Positions 31,756-43,915 of a DNA stretch of 64,000 nucleotides are shown here, piece by piece (within the stretch, counting starts at the first letter, position 1; each line of letters starts with the position of its first letter). Under the pieces are notes generated by a model. It did not search any database, was not told the DNA's origin, and was given only the letters and a program-made list of their open reading frames with translations. The stretch lies in contig CAVSUB010000004.1 in NCBI GenBank assembly GCA_963730995.1, forward strand, positions 459,020 to 523,019, given 5' to 3'. The DNA comes from an uncultured Acidobacteriota bacterium. GTDB lineage: Bacteria > Acidobacteriota > Vicinamibacteria > Vicinamibacterales > 2-12-FULL-66-21. A program made the position numbers and the translations under genes.

Positions 31756-32181
31756 TCAATCCTCGCTGAGGCTCACTTCCGCTAACGTGAACACAATCGT
31801 CAGTACCACGCCGATCACGGCGAGGAACACGCCGACGTCAAACACGAGCGGTGTTCCCAAAGCAACAGCAGTCGTCCCTAAGGGCACTACTGTCCATTGC
31901 GCGGTCATGAACGGCTGCCCGGTGATGACGGCTGGAAGACCGCTCGTCAACGCGACGAGAAGCCCCACGCCGAGAAGCGTGGCCGGCTTGACGAGAAGCG
32001 CGCGGCGAGCCGTGCCGACGTCGAATGCGATCGAATACAGCACGAATGATGACGCGACCACGAGGCCGCCGACGAATCCACCGCCAGGCTGGTTGTGCCC
32101 ACGCAGTAACAGGAACACCGCAAAGAGAAGGAGGAGTGGCATCAGAACGCGAGTAGCTGTCTGTAGAATCGTCGATGTCAT
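31756..32181 (-). CDS. mrpB: Na+/H+ antiporter subunit B
   Basis: 141-aa ORF ([18 protein letters not shown]). Confidence 0.85.
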   Translation of the reverse strand: MTSTILQTATRVLMPLLLLFAVFLLLRGHNQPGGGFVGGLVVASSFVLYSIAFDVGTARRALLVKPATLLGVGLLVALTSGLPAVITGQPFMTAQWTVVPLGTTAVALGTPLVFDVGVFLAVIGVVLTIVFTLAEVSLSED

Positions 32182-34475
32182 TGGCGAGGCTCCCTCCCTA
32201 TCAGCAGCAGCGCTCGTACGCCAATCGCGACGGTGACGAGCACGGTAATTTCGCCCAGTGTGTCGAAACCACGGAAATCGACGAGGATGACGTTGACGAT
32301 GTTGAGTCCGTGAGCCAGACGCGGCGCTGCGTCCGCGAAGTAGTCGGCCAGCCGTGACGTCGTACCAGATGCACCAACGAACAACACCAAGGTGGTGACG
32401 AGGGTACCCGCGGCGGCGGCCACTATCGCGTCACGCATCTTGATCAGACGAGACGAGAGATCGCCGAAGCCACGCAGCTGGTAGAAGACGAGTACGAAAA
32501 TGACGACGGTCAGCGTCTCGACCGCGAACTGTGTCATCGCGAGATCGGGCGCGCCGAGGAGTGCGTAGAGCACCGCCACTCCATAGCCAACCGTACCGAG
32601 TGATAAGACCGCGGCCATTCGAGTCCTGGCGAACGCCGCTGTCACCGCCCCCGCGACGATGAGGATCCCCAGCAGGCCTTCGTTAAACGCGACGGGTGTC
32701 CAGCGCCGCGGCGGCGGAAGTGCACCGTCCGCGCCAAGCGCAAGTGTGACCAGGGCAATTGCGGTCGCAATGACGGTGAGCACGTAGGAACGCAACGACG
32801 CGCTTTGCAGCGCTGGAGCGATGCGGTGCCCCAAGGCATCAAGGGCGGAGACGGTGAATGAGTACAGGCGCTCTGCGTGCAGCGCGGCGGGCCAACGAAG
32901 CTGCCACAGGCGAGAACGCAAGGCGAACAGAGCCAACGCCCCCGCGAGCGTCAGCATGCTCAGCACAAGGGTTGTGTTGAAGCCATGCCACAGGACAAAC
33001 GGGACCCTCGATACCGCGCCAGTCACGGAGGCCGCCGCGAGAGCAACGGGACCGGCCGCAAGCGCCGGCAGGACGCCCAGAACCAAACCAAGAGCACCGA
33101 GGATCACAGGCCCGAGCCAGAGCGACGCCGGTGCATCTTGCGACGCTGGACTGGTCATCGACCGGCCACCAAACGGCCCGATGCCGGCGATGAATCCGGC
33201 CGCGCCGAGACACATGCTCGCCCCCACGGCCAGCGCGATGAGGATGCCGCTCCAGACGTGGGGAAGCGCCAACCCGCGGACGCTTTCGTAGAACTGCTCC
33301 TTCGCGATGAAACCGAAAAAGGGAAAGATGCCGGCCATCGACCCGGCGGCCAGCGCGGCCCCGGCCGCGGTCCGCGGCATCATTCGGCGCAGTCCTCCCA
33401 GTGACGCCACGTCTCGCGTGCCGGTCTCGTGCTCCACTGCTCCCGCCACAAGGAACAAAGCCCCTTTGTAGCAAGCATGCGCGAGCAGATAAGCCAAGCC
33501 AGCACTGACCGCTTGCGGCGACCCTATCCCGAACAGCAGCATCAGGATCCCCAGAGCGCTGATCGTGGAGTACGCGAGCACACGCTTCAGGTCCGTCTCG
33601 AGCAGGGCGCGGATCGCGCCGAGCACCGTCGTTAGCGTGGCGATCACGGTGATCGTGTGAGTCCAGATCGGGGCGCCGCCGAGGATAGGCGTCATGCGTG
33701 CGACAAGGTACACGCCAGCCTTCACCATCGTTGCGGAATGCAGGTAAGCGCTCACGGGTGTCGGTGCCTGCATCGCGTTGGGTAACCAGAAGTGGAATGG
33801 GAACTGCGCGGATTTCGTGAACGCGGCGACGAGCACCAGGACGACGATGCCCACGTAAAGAGGATGACCAACGAGGCCGCTAGAGTTCATCAGGTCCGAC
33901 AACAGCGGCGTGCCGGCGGCCGCAACCACGAGAATAGCTGCGGCGAGCAGCGCGAGGCCTCCCCCGCCCGTGACGATCAGCGCCTGCGTGGCAGCGTGAC
34001 GTGCTGCCGGTCGATCGTGCTCGAACCCAATGAGCAGAAATGACGTGAATCCTGTGAGCTCCCAGAACACGAACAGCAGGATCACGTTATCACTCAGGAC
34101 GAGGCCAAGCATGGACCCCATGAACGCGAACAGCGCGACGTGGAACCTGGCCACGTAGGGATGGGACTCGAGGTACTTCCTCGCGTAGATGACGATCAGC
34201 GTACCGACGCCAGTGATGAGAACTGCGAACAGCAGACTGAGGCCATCGAATCGAAACGACAGCGACAGATTGAGCGCTGGAGCCCAAGGTGCCGTGACGC
34301 TAAACGGCCCGTCGCGGCTGACGACCAAGAAGGTGTACGCGAAGTAGCCTGTGAGCGCCGCGGGGAGGGCGGCGAGCAACAGTGACGCAAGACGTCGACG
34401 CCCCAACCAGCCAGCGAGCGGCATCGCCAGAAAGGGGGCGAGGATGACAGTGATGTGAAGTGCTGCAGACGGCAC
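32178..34475 (-). CDS. mrpA: Na+/H+ antiporter subunit A (NuoL-like plus MrpB-like extension)
   Basis: 765-aa polytopic ORF ([39 protein letters not shown]). First gene of the operon, with a 4-nt overlap with mrpB. Confidence 0.9.
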   Translation of the reverse strand: MPSAALHITVILAPFLAMPLAGWLGRRRLASLLLAALPAALTGYFAYTFLVVSRDGPFSVTAPWAPALNLSLSFRFDGLSLLFAVLITGVGTLIVIYARKYLESHPYVARFHVALFAFMGSMLGLVLSDNVILLFVFWELTGFTSFLLIGFEHDRPAARHAATQALIVTGGGGLALLAAAILVVAAAGTPLLSDLMNSSGLVGHPLYVGIVVLVLVAAFTKSAQFPFHFWLPNAMQAPTPVSAYLHSATMVKAGVYLVARMTPILGGAPIWTHTITVIATLTTVLGAIRALLETDLKRVLAYSTISALGILMLLFGIGSPQAVSAGLAYLLAHACYKGALFLVAGAVEHETGTRDVASLGGLRRMMPRTAAGAALAAGSMAGIFPFFGFIAKEQFYESVRGLALPHVWSGILIALAVGASMCLGAAGFIAGIGPFGGRSMTSPASQDAPASLWLGPVILGALGLVLGVLPALAAGPVALAAASVTGAVSRVPFVLWHGFNTTLVLSMLTLAGALALFALRSRLWQLRWPAALHAERLYSFTVSALDALGHRIAPALQSASLRSYVLTVIATAIALVTLALGADGALPPPRRWTPVAFNEGLLGILIVAGAVTAAFARTRMAAVLSLGTVGYGVAVLYALLGAPDLAMTQFAVETLTVVIFVLVFYQLRGFGDLSSRLIKMRDAIVAAAAGTLVTTLVLFVGASGTTSRLADYFADAAPRLAHGLNIVNVILVDFRGFDTLGEITVLVTVAIGVRALLLIGREPRQ

Positions 34476-34754
34476 GTTCGCTTTCGGCTCGTGACTGCCG
34501 CTCGAAGACCGGCGTGCGGCCTCCTGCGGAGGGTTTCAGTGTGAAATTATCCGTTTCAACGTGCAACGGTCGATTCCGTGCGGACGCCGCCATCGAACCC
34601 CAGAAGCCGCGGAAGACGGCTGATTCTGGCGCAATCCCGGACTACTGGTGCGGTCTGAATCTTGCGACCTACCCCGATGACGCACACGACTTCTGAACAG
34701 CAGCATACTTCACGCCTCATCACTCATCGTCGGTGTGTCAAGGAGGCCGATCAG

Positions 34755-35099
34755 ATGAGCCGCATCGCTAAGGAACAGTTCCGTCACTCTCAAACGGGCG
34801 TGCCGAGCATCGCGGACGCCTTGCGGCAGATCGAGGCCGAGTACCGGGAGATGCCAGGACTGGGCGTCACGGAAGCGCAGCCGCAGCGGCTTTGGGGGCT
34901 CTACAACACGACATGCAAACGCGCATTGGACACCCTGGTCCATCGCGGCGTCCTGAGGCGCACCCGCGGTGAGGCGTATGTCAGGGCGGAGACGTTCAGC
35001 AGGCCATCGGCCCTGTCGACGCGTGAGGGCGCTTCCGGCAGGCATCGTAACGCACGTGAACGGAAAGCACGGGCCGTTGCCAGACACGGCGCCGGGTAG
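34755..35099 (+). CDS. hypothetical protein
   Basis: ATG at 34755 follows AAGGAGG. 114 aa with no recognised family. It is divergent from the mrp operon. Confidence 0.35.
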   Translation: MSRIAKEQFRHSQTGVPSIADALRQIEAEYREMPGLGVTEAQPQRLWGLYNTTCKRALDTLVHRGVLRRTRGEAYVRAETFSRPSALSTREGASGRHRNARERKARAVARHGAG

Positions 35100-35251
35100 T
35101 CTGACTCACGCCGAAGCCGTTCCACAATTCGATCGGTCGGCCTCTTAAACAAGACAACTGGTATCCTGCGTCGCGGTGAGGTCAAGGCGGAACTCTTGAG
35201 CGTGCTCGACGGCGCCGCCGAGATGAGATCTCGCAAGACGGATCCTCATCA

Positions 35252-35839
35252 ATGTCCACCGGAATGGACAGGAAGGAGTCTCGAATGCGGCTGCAAATTA
35301 GTTGGCAGGGATTGGTGCTCGTGATTCTGCTGTTTGGGGCCGGTCTGTTTCTCGGTTCGTACCGCAACAGGGACGAGCCAACTCACAGCAGCGCGAGCGA
35401 GCGGTTGCAGCCAGCACCCGCGGGTACGCCGACATCCGCAGACGGCACCATCGTTTACGTACCCGTGTATTCGAGTCTCTATCGCGGCGTGAACGCCAGA
35501 GTGCAGACCGTCGACTTGGCTGCCACGGTCAGTGTGCGCAACACTAGCTCCGTGCATCCAATCACCCTGCACTGGGTCCGGTACTACGATTCGTCGGGAA
35601 AAAAAGTGAGGGACTATCTGGATAAACCGTCCGCGCTTCCGCCCCTCGGCTCAGTCGAGTTTGTGATCCAGCGTTCTGATACGGCCGGTGGGCCCGGCGC
35701 CAATTTTCTGATTCGCTGGGACGGGCCGGCGAACGTCGATGAGCCCCTGATTGAAGCGGTTATGGTCGGTCAGAGCGGCAACGCCGGTGTCTCCTTCACG
35801 AGCCGTGGACAAATCGTGAAGTCCGCACCCCGAGAGTAG
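35252..35839 (+). CDS. DUF3124 domain protein (membrane-anchored)
   Basis: N-terminal TM segment followed by the DUF3124 pattern (TIVYVPVYSSLYRG...ATVSVRNTSSVHPITLHWVRYYDSSGKKVRDYL...GGPGANFLIRWDGP...EPLIEAVMVG). Confidence 0.8.
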   Translation: MSTGMDRKESRMRLQISWQGLVLVILLFGAGLFLGSYRNRDEPTHSSASERLQPAPAGTPTSADGTIVYVPVYSSLYRGVNARVQTVDLAATVSVRNTSSVHPITLHWVRYYDSSGKKVRDYLDKPSALPPLGSVEFVIQRSDTAGGPGANFLIRWDGPANVDEPLIEAVMVGQSGNAGVSFTSRGQIVKSAPRE

Positions 35840-36017
35840 TGAACTTGCCGGTGGCATGAAGGCGTACAGCAACCGAGTGCTACGGATCAGCGTCGTAACT
35901 GGTGTCGACGACGGCTCGCCGACCTCGCAAGCGACGATCGGCCATTCCGTCGTGAATGTTGGCTCAGAACGAGTCCCGTGAGAAATACTTTCTATTTCGC
36001 GGGTAGAGGGCGACCGG

Positions 36018-37085
36018 GTGCCAGGCGAGATGACACACAATACAATGACGGTCGCAAGCGTACCTTCGGACCAGCGCGCCCGCGACTGGATCCTGCCTGC
36101 CGACATACTCCATCTGTCGCCGCGGCTCGTACGGTTCATCGGCGCTTCGTTGCTCCCGTTGCTGCTTTTGGCTGGCTTAGCCGCCTCGGGATTCTTATGG
36201 TTGCAACATCAGGTCGCTCTCTCGACGCCGCGGATGCCGGCGGTCGATATCAACGCCGCACTCGTTGACAACACACCAATCACAGTGACGATCACCGTGG
36301 GCGACGAACGCCTCGAGTGGCCCACAACCGTCCACGACGTTCGACTGAACCTAACGCTCTGGCGCAGCATGCACCTTGCCGACTGGAACACGGTCTCGGA
36401 GCCGCTTCGGCACAACGCGTTGGATCGCATGTTTACTCGGTACCGTGACGTTCTGGCGAATCCGCGTCGCTGGGATGCGATGGAGGCGCGTGATTGGGAT
36501 CTCGTCCCGCAGCCGATGCGGACAGTGGCGTATCGGCAGATGGTTTCTTATTGGGCCGGCTACTACGACGTCGGCGGAGCCTACGAGTTGGCACCGCCTC
36601 TTGTCGCTGACATCCTCGCCGCCATCGTTATGTCAGAGTCCTGGTTCGATCATCGCGGGTTCTTCGTCAATCGCGATGGAAGCCACGACATCGGGCTTGC
36701 CGGCGCCTCGGATTTTGCTAGGGAGAGGCTCCGCCAGCTTCACGGGCTTGGCCTCGTCGACGCGTACCTTGCGGACAACGACTACTACGATCCGTGGAAG
36801 GCGACACGATTTGTCGCCCTGTGGATGACCCTCCTGCTCGATGAGGCACGCGGGGACTTGGATCTCGCCGTCCGCGCCTACAATCGCGGCATAGCGAACG
36901 CGCATGATGCCTCGGGCACGGAATACCTCGAGACTGTTCAGCGACGTCTCAAACGATTCATCCGCAACACCGATGCGCCGGCCGGTTGGGACTACGTATG
37001 GCGAAAGGGCCGTAATCTGGTGCGGCGGGAATGGCCGTGGTTGGCGCAAAGCGTAGAGAGCCGAAGGGCCTTAGAAGGGTGGTAG
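36018..37085 (+). CDS. lytic transglycosylase (SLT) domain protein; start uncertain
   Basis: The C-terminal half carries SLT motifs ([33 protein letters not shown]). A TM segment lies near the N-terminus. Confidence 0.75.
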   Translation: MPGEMTHNTMTVASVPSDQRARDWILPADILHLSPRLVRFIGASLLPLLLLAGLAASGFLWLQHQVALSTPRMPAVDINAALVDNTPITVTITVGDERLEWPTTVHDVRLNLTLWRSMHLADWNTVSEPLRHNALDRMFTRYRDVLANPRRWDAMEARDWDLVPQPMRTVAYRQMVSYWAGYYDVGGAYELAPPLVADILAAIVMSESWFDHRGFFVNRDGSHDIGLAGASDFARERLRQLHGLGLVDAYLADNDYYDPWKATRFVALWMTLLLDEARGDLDLAVRAYNRGIANAHDASGTEYLETVQRRLKRFIRNTDAPAGWDYVWRKGRNLVRREWPWLAQSVESRRALEGW

Positions 37086-37220
37086 CGTTCGGCGCGGAGG
37101 CGAGCGAGCTCATGGCAGCGGTTCAGGCGGCGATGCTCGGCAATCTTCCGTACACATCGCTGCGCGACGCCCTGTTCACACACCCGACAGCCGCAGAGGG
37201 GCTCACGTTGCTCCTGGCGA
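37079..37220 (+). pseudogene. C-terminal fragment of a pyridine-nucleotide-disulfide oxidoreductase (dimerisation domain only)
   Basis: [42 protein letters not shown] matches only the last ~45 residues of this family. No upstream part is present. Confidence 0.6.
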
Positions 37221-37280
37221 GTGCGCGGAGCCGATCGATAAATGGCCCAGGAACGCCGAAGGAAGGCGCACGTGAAACGC

Positions 37281-37530
37281 CCCACATCAGAATCTTCACC
37301 CGTCCGATCCGATCGGCGAGACCGCCAACCACGACGATGAAGATGCCCGAGAACAACGCCGTGATAGCCACGGCGATATTCATGACGTTGGTCGGAATTC
37401 CGAGGTCGGCCGCCATTGCTGGCGCGATGTTGAGCGTCGTCTGAGCAAACAGCCAGAAGGCGAGCACACTGAGAATGATGCCCAAGAGGAGCGTGTCGTT
37501 GCCACGATACGGACCTGGCTCTCCAGTCAT
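37281..37530 (-). pseudogene. N-terminal fragment of an MFS (DHA2-like) transporter
   Basis: MTGEPGPYRGNDTLLLGIILSVLAFWLFAQTTLNIAPAMAADLGIPTNVMNIAVAITALFSGIFIVVVGGLADRIGRVK. Homology stops after about 2.5 TM helices. Confidence 0.65.
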
Positions 37531-37535
37531 CGTCG

Positions 37536-38222
37536 CTAGTCTCCGGGCGAGTCTCTCCGATCGCTCTTCCAACGCTCGCGCTTCGTCGATTGACGGAAGG
37601 CTGGCAGCGACCAGCCGAACTTGATCGCCAAACTCCTTACGCCGAACGTCACAAGGAACCCCGCGATCATCGCGGACAGACGACCGACGCCGAGTCCGTT
37701 GAGTCCAACATATGCGCAGGCGCCAAGCACCGACGCCGTGACGTAAATCTCATGACCGAGGAGAACCGAGGGTACGTGGCCGAGCGTGTCGCGAATGATC
37801 CCTCCGACGGACCCGGTGACGGCGCCCATTGCGATGGCAACAAGCGCGGGCGCTCCCACGTCCGAGGCCTTGACCGTGCCGGCCACGGTGACCAGAGCCA
37901 ATCCAAAGGCATCAAACCACAGAAGCGTCTTGTAGCGCGATTCGACAAGTGGGGCGACGAAGTGCATCACAAGGGCCGTCACAAGACAGGCCCAGACGTG
38001 AACCGGGTTTTGAACCCAGAATACGGGCACGTTCAGAATCAAGTCCCGCACGGTGCCGCCCCCGACGCCAGTAATGACGGAGAGCCACATGAACCCCATC
38101 ACGTCCATGCCCTTGCGCGACGCGACGAGCGCTCCGGACACGGCGAACACGACGGCCGCAAGGATGTCGAAGAAATGGACGAGACGGAACAGGTTCGCGG
38201 AATCGACCAAGGTGGTTTGCAT
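37536..38222 (-). CDS. trimeric intracellular cation channel (TRIC/UPF0126) family protein
   Basis: 228-aa ORF with two UPF0126 repeats (AVSGALVASRKGMDVMGF..GVGGGTVRDL and VAGTVKA..GAVTGSVGGIIRD). Confidence 0.85.
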   Translation of the reverse strand: MQTTLVDSANLFRLVHFFDILAAVVFAVSGALVASRKGMDVMGFMWLSVITGVGGGTVRDLILNVPVFWVQNPVHVWACLVTALVMHFVAPLVESRYKTLLWFDAFGLALVTVAGTVKASDVGAPALVAIAMGAVTGSVGGIIRDTLGHVPSVLLGHEIYVTASVLGACAYVGLNGLGVGRLSAMIAGFLVTFGVRSLAIKFGWSLPAFRQSTKRERWKSDRRDSPGD

Positions 38223-38353
38223 ACGCTCAGAGCAGATGGCAGCCGATCCGCTTCAGTATGCTACGGTCGCGCGGTTGCCACGGACGAAGAGTGCGCGATG
38301 TCCAAAAACCGTCAAAAATCAGAAGGGACGGCTTCCAGATCAAGGAGTTCCGA

Positions 38354-38773
38354 ATGACGAATCGGAATCAGGCGGCACCTGAAGACCAGGTGACGGTCCG
38401 CGGGGTGGCCTCAGAGTTCGCGCAGACTGTGGAAACACGCTCGCACTGGCTCGTTGCAGACGAGCCTCTCGCCTTTGGCGGCACAGATGCTGGGTCTACG
38501 CCATATGATTTGCTCCTGGCCGCCCTGGGCACCTGAGCATCGATGACGGTCATGCTGTACACGCGACGCAAAAATTGGCTGCTGCAGGACGTTACGGTGC
38601 GCTTGCGTCACTCGAGAGTGCACGCCTCGGACTGCGCGGAAGGCGAAACGAAAGAAGCACGCATCGACCGCATTGAGTGGTGGCCCCAGCTCAGCGGCGA
38701 GCTGACTGACGAGCAGCGCACAAGGCTCCTCGAGATCGCAGAACGATGTCCGGTTCACCGTACGATGGTTTGA
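38354..38773 (+). pseudogene. OsmC-family paralogue with an in-frame TGA at the conserved Cys codon
   Basis: ATG at 38354 follows AAGGAG. The sequence ...GGTDAGSTPYDLLLAALGT*ASMTVMLYTRRKNW aligns with GSCTSMTLAMYARRKRW of the intact paralogue at 21922..22389. TGA lies at 38534-38536. The reading frame continues unbroken to IAERCPVHRTMV. Confidence 0.8.
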
Positions 38774-38863
38774 GAGATCGATATCCGTCCACCCCAAACG
38801 TACCGCGACGGAGATGACAAGAATCGGCAGAGCGGCGATACGCAAGTTCCGGCTAGGGAATGC

Positions 38864-39849
38864 ATGCTAAAAACTCCACTCTTTGTCGTGCCGGTTGATT
38901 TCTCAGAGGGATGGAGGCGACGGTTTCACCGGCCTTCGCGCTTGCAAAGAAGTGCGGAGCTCACGTTCATTTGCTCGAAGTCGCTACGCCTCGCGGCCCC
39001 TCACTCTTCGATGACAGAGCCGACATCCGATCAGGCGGCCCAGTGACGTCGACGGGCGACTGGTCCCAGTTGGAGGACTCAATACACGCGGCAAAGCGTG
39101 AGCGCATACAAGTGCGAGCTGCCGCGTATCGCGGGGACCCGACCACGATTATCACGTCGTATGTGGAGCTCGTGAAGGCGGGGCTGCTCGTGATTGGTCA
39201 GTACTACGGAACGGCTCGCTGGCGGCGGAACACACGAATCGTGAGTACCCTCAGCCGCGCGGCACCTGTTCCCGTCCTCGTCTTGCCACCACGCCGACGC
39301 CCAGAGAAGACCAAGTCGCTTTCGTTCGGTCACATCGTTTCGGCTGTCGACTTCACGGTCGCGTCCGTAGTAGCGGTGCGAACGGTACTCGATCTGATTC
39401 GCCGGACCGGCGCCCGACTGACCCTCGGCACGCATTGAGAAATGCCCTCCCGAACATGGTGTTCTCCGGCGGCGAGGCCGTCAGACTCACAAGGAATCTG
39501 AGAGGGCTCGCCGCTCCAGGTTGCAGAACACTTTCGACAGAAGATTCCGGCCGACGTCAGTATTCACGCTGACGTGCGTGTGACGACCGGTGATCCTCAT
39601 CGCGGGATTCTCGATATCGCATCAGAGGTGAAAGCGGATCTCATCGTGATGGGCGTGCCGCCCCGGAGCCGATTCGACGAAGTGCTGTTTGGTTCCACCC
39701 TCCGAGCCGTACAGCGTCCGATGAAGATCCCTGTGTTGGTACTTCCAGTACTTGCCGGCGCGTACAAATGGCTAGAGGAGAAGGACAGTGTGGACGTCAC
39801 GATGCCCTCGAGGAATCGAGGACGACGCAGACGACAGCTCGCGCGTTAG
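38864..39849 (+). pseudogene. tandem universal stress protein, at least three frameshifts
   Basis: MLKTPLFVVPVDFSE (frame a), then MEATVSPAFALAKKCGAHVHLLEV...LLVIGQYYG...PVPVLVLP...FGHIVSAVDF..ARLTL (frame b). After further frame changes comes KIPADVSIHADVRVTTGDPHRGILDIASEVKADLIVMGVPPRS...LRAVQRPMKIPVLVLP. Confidence 0.7.
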
Positions 39850-39871
39850 TAGCCACTGTTGACAGCTCGAC

Positions 39872-40957
39872 TCAGGACGAGCGTCCCCGTTCAGCGGCCT
39901 GAATCGTCAGGAACTCGCCAACATTGTCCATGGTGACGAGACCGATCAACGCACCATGCTCGAGCACCGGTATCGTATGGCAGTCCCGCCCCTGCAAACG
40001 CCCGAGCACCGTTTCGAGCATTTCCGATGCGTCCGCTGCAGAACATTCCCGCGTCATGACGTCGCGGACGGACGCATCCCTTCCACTTCGCGTCAGCGCT
40101 TTGACCAGGTCGCTACGTGTCAACATGCCTTCGACCCGCCCGTTCACAACCACCGGAAAATCCTGTTGAGAGCCTGTCAGCAGAAGATCGATCGCGTCTC
40201 CCAGCGTGCTCGTCGGCGTCAAGGCACGAAAGTGCGTGAGCATCGCGCGCCGCAGCGGAATGCCGGCGAGCGCGGATTTCATCTGCACTATGCTGGCCTC
40301 CTGTCCGGCACCGATCCACACGAAGAGCGCGATGAAGATCAGCATCGGATTGCCCTGAAGCCCGATGAACCCAAGTAGCACCGCCATTCCCTGGCCGATT
40401 GCCGCCGCACGCTGCGTGGCCCGTGTGTACTCCATTCGGGTCGCCAGCAAGGCGCGGAGCGCGCGACCGCCGTCCATCGGAAATGCCGGCAGCAGATTGA
40501 ACACACCGAGGGCCACGTTCGCGAGCATCACCCGCTCAGCAAACGCGCCGGTCGCGACTCCCACTCGAGTGATGGACTCCCACGCACCAGACGCGTGCAA
40601 CGAGCCGAAGAGCACCAGGGCAATGACCGCATTCACGGCGGGGCCGGCCAATGCGACCCAGAGCTCCTGAATCGGCACGTCCGGCATTCGTTCCAGCCGA
40701 GCCAGGCCACCGATCGGCAGGAGCGTGATGTCCTTTGTACGGATGCCGTATCGCCGCGCCGTGAGGGCGTGACCGAACTCGTGGAGCACGACGCAGGCAA
40801 ACAGCGCGAGGATGAATCCCACGCCTTCGACCACCGCCGCGAGGCTCTGACTCTCACGCCAGTAGCTCAGCGCGATCCAGGCGAGCAACATGAAGAACGT
40901 GGCGTGCACGTAGACCGGGATTCCGGCAACGCGTCCGAGCTTCCATGACCATGGCAT
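39872..40957 (-). CDS. site-2 protease family (M50) metalloprotease with a CBS pair
   Basis: 361-aa ORF with HEFGHAL (HExxH), a downstream LLPAFPMDGGR motif, and C-terminal CBS-like repeats. Confidence 0.9.
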   Translation of the reverse strand: MPWSWKLGRVAGIPVYVHATFFMLLAWIALSYWRESQSLAAVVEGVGFILALFACVVLHEFGHALTARRYGIRTKDITLLPIGGLARLERMPDVPIQELWVALAGPAVNAVIALVLFGSLHASGAWESITRVGVATGAFAERVMLANVALGVFNLLPAFPMDGGRALRALLATRMEYTRATQRAAAIGQGMAVLLGFIGLQGNPMLIFIALFVWIGAGQEASIVQMKSALAGIPLRRAMLTHFRALTPTSTLGDAIDLLLTGSQQDFPVVVNGRVEGMLTRSDLVKALTRSGRDASVRDVMTRECSAADASEMLETVLGRLQGRDCHTIPVLEHGALIGLVTMDNVGEFLTIQAAERGRSS

Positions 40958-40979
40958 CGCGATAACCTCGTCGAGGTAA

Positions 40980-41483
40980 CTACCGATTGGTCTCGTTATG
41001 GACTACTCGCCATCCGCTGTTGGCCGCGGTAAGGGCCCGCCCGTCATGCGTCAGGAGGACCGGATCATTCAACGACAAATTTCGTTGCGCGGGCACGGTC
41101 AGGGCGGGACACTCCGAGGGTGCAACGACCACCAACGGCACAGGACGCAAGGGCCGCTCCGGACCGTCAGCGCCCGGAGCGCCCATCACGATCAAGTCTG
41201 GCATCCATCGCACGAATCGAAGAATCTGGACACCAGGGTCGCCATCGCGTTCGGCCGCTCCGACGCGATCGTAGCCAGGCGCAGCCTCCGCCAGCCACTC
41301 GCGCAGTTGCGACAGGACGTCCTCACGATAAGCGAGCTGAAGCTTACGCCGACCCCGTGTTTCCCGACGGTATTACGTGGAGCGCCCTTAGTTCTGCGTT
41401 GCACGCGCGGGCGATGCCGACCGCCAATGATAGCGAAGCCGCTGCCAACGGGGGAAGTCGACAGCCAAGAATATACCGAACAT
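40980..41483 (-). pseudogene. universal stress protein, at least two frameshifts
   Basis: GGAGG followed by ATG (41483) gives MFGIFLAVDF. After a C5 run the frame changes to PLAAASLSLAVGIARACNAELRALHVIP. A third frame gives GDPGVQILRFVRWMPDLIVMGAPGADG...VPLVVVAP. Confidence 0.65.
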
Positions 41484-42665
41484 TGAGCCTCCTCATGGAC
41501 CCTGCCTGCATCGCAACTTCTGACAGTCGAGTTGGCGACCGGGGCGGTTGGATTCGCGACCCTTACCCGCCAACATGGTGGACTGATCCGACTCGAACAG
41601 ACACGCGTCGCGGCAACTCCCGACCTTCGCGGGATCACTTCGGTGACTCGAGATACTCCGCGAGAGCACGCAATTGAGGCCCCTGGAGGCGATTCGTAGG
41701 ACTGCATCGCGTTGCCTGGGTTCAAATGCTGGGCACTGGCGATCCACCCCGCAATATTGCCGATACCGCCAGGAAGCGTTCCGCGTCGCCGAAATGGGTG
41801 CCCGCGATTGCAGTGACCGCGTACGCGCGGCTCGACGATCGACACAAGACACTAGCGGCAGGCCGATAGCAGCCCTGGCTCTTGAAGCCGGCAGCACGAT
41901 TGGCCCGCGGTGCGCGAATGTCCATCTTGGCTAGGAGGATCAACGCCTCCACAAACAGGCCGGATATACGACCGCATCCGATCCGGTGGGAACTCTGTTC
42001 GCGACCCCTCGCTCGACATCCGGGAGGAGTCCATATACGGGCTGCCAGGGGCGGGGCATTGCGGAACGGCTGAGAGTTGACATCGATGAAGCCCGGCCAG
42101 TTTCCGGCGAGCACACCAAGCTTGCTCATTTGCCTTACGAGGCGACGGCTTACGCCTGCCGCTGCACAATTCCGATGGCCCCCTCGGCGCTCCGGCGCTG
42201 ACGGGATCCTCGGCTGACGCCTCTCGCCACGTCACCTGACCTGGTCCTGCCGTGCGGCACGCCCCGCGGCCTCCTGCACAACAGATGACTTGCACTCGGT
42301 CTCCCACTTGGGCGGCCGGCAATACCGCCTTCGCGTCCCTTGGAGGACGGGGGCGGGCATGGATCAGGACACAGCGGGAGGACATGACAATGATGCCCAT
42401 CGCAGAGAGAACACCAGTACAGCGCCGACCTTGGCGCTCGCCGAATCACTGACCGAAGGAGATGCTGCCGCCCGGCTGGGGCTGAAGGTCGCCACGCTCC
42501 GTGCCTGGCGCCACCGCAGCAAGGGGCCGGCATTCGTGCGCCTTGGACGTGCGGTCCGCTACCTGTCGACCGATCTCGACGAGTTCCTGCGGGCGACCGA
42601 CACGCGCCGGCACTTGACCCGGCCAACTGCCTTATCATCGACCAAGCCTAACGAGCGGAGCGGGG

Positions 42666-43904
<1,239 letters not shown>

Positions 43905-43915
43905 ACACGTGAACG

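Noticed and set aside
41531-41575. tRNA-like 3' end (minus strand GGGTCGCGAATCCAACCGCCCCGGTCGCCA) as a possible second att repeat.
   Set aside because: I could not fold a T-arm (no complementary 5-bp stems around a 7-nt loop). It does not match the 43853-43904 fragment beyond the terminal GCCA.
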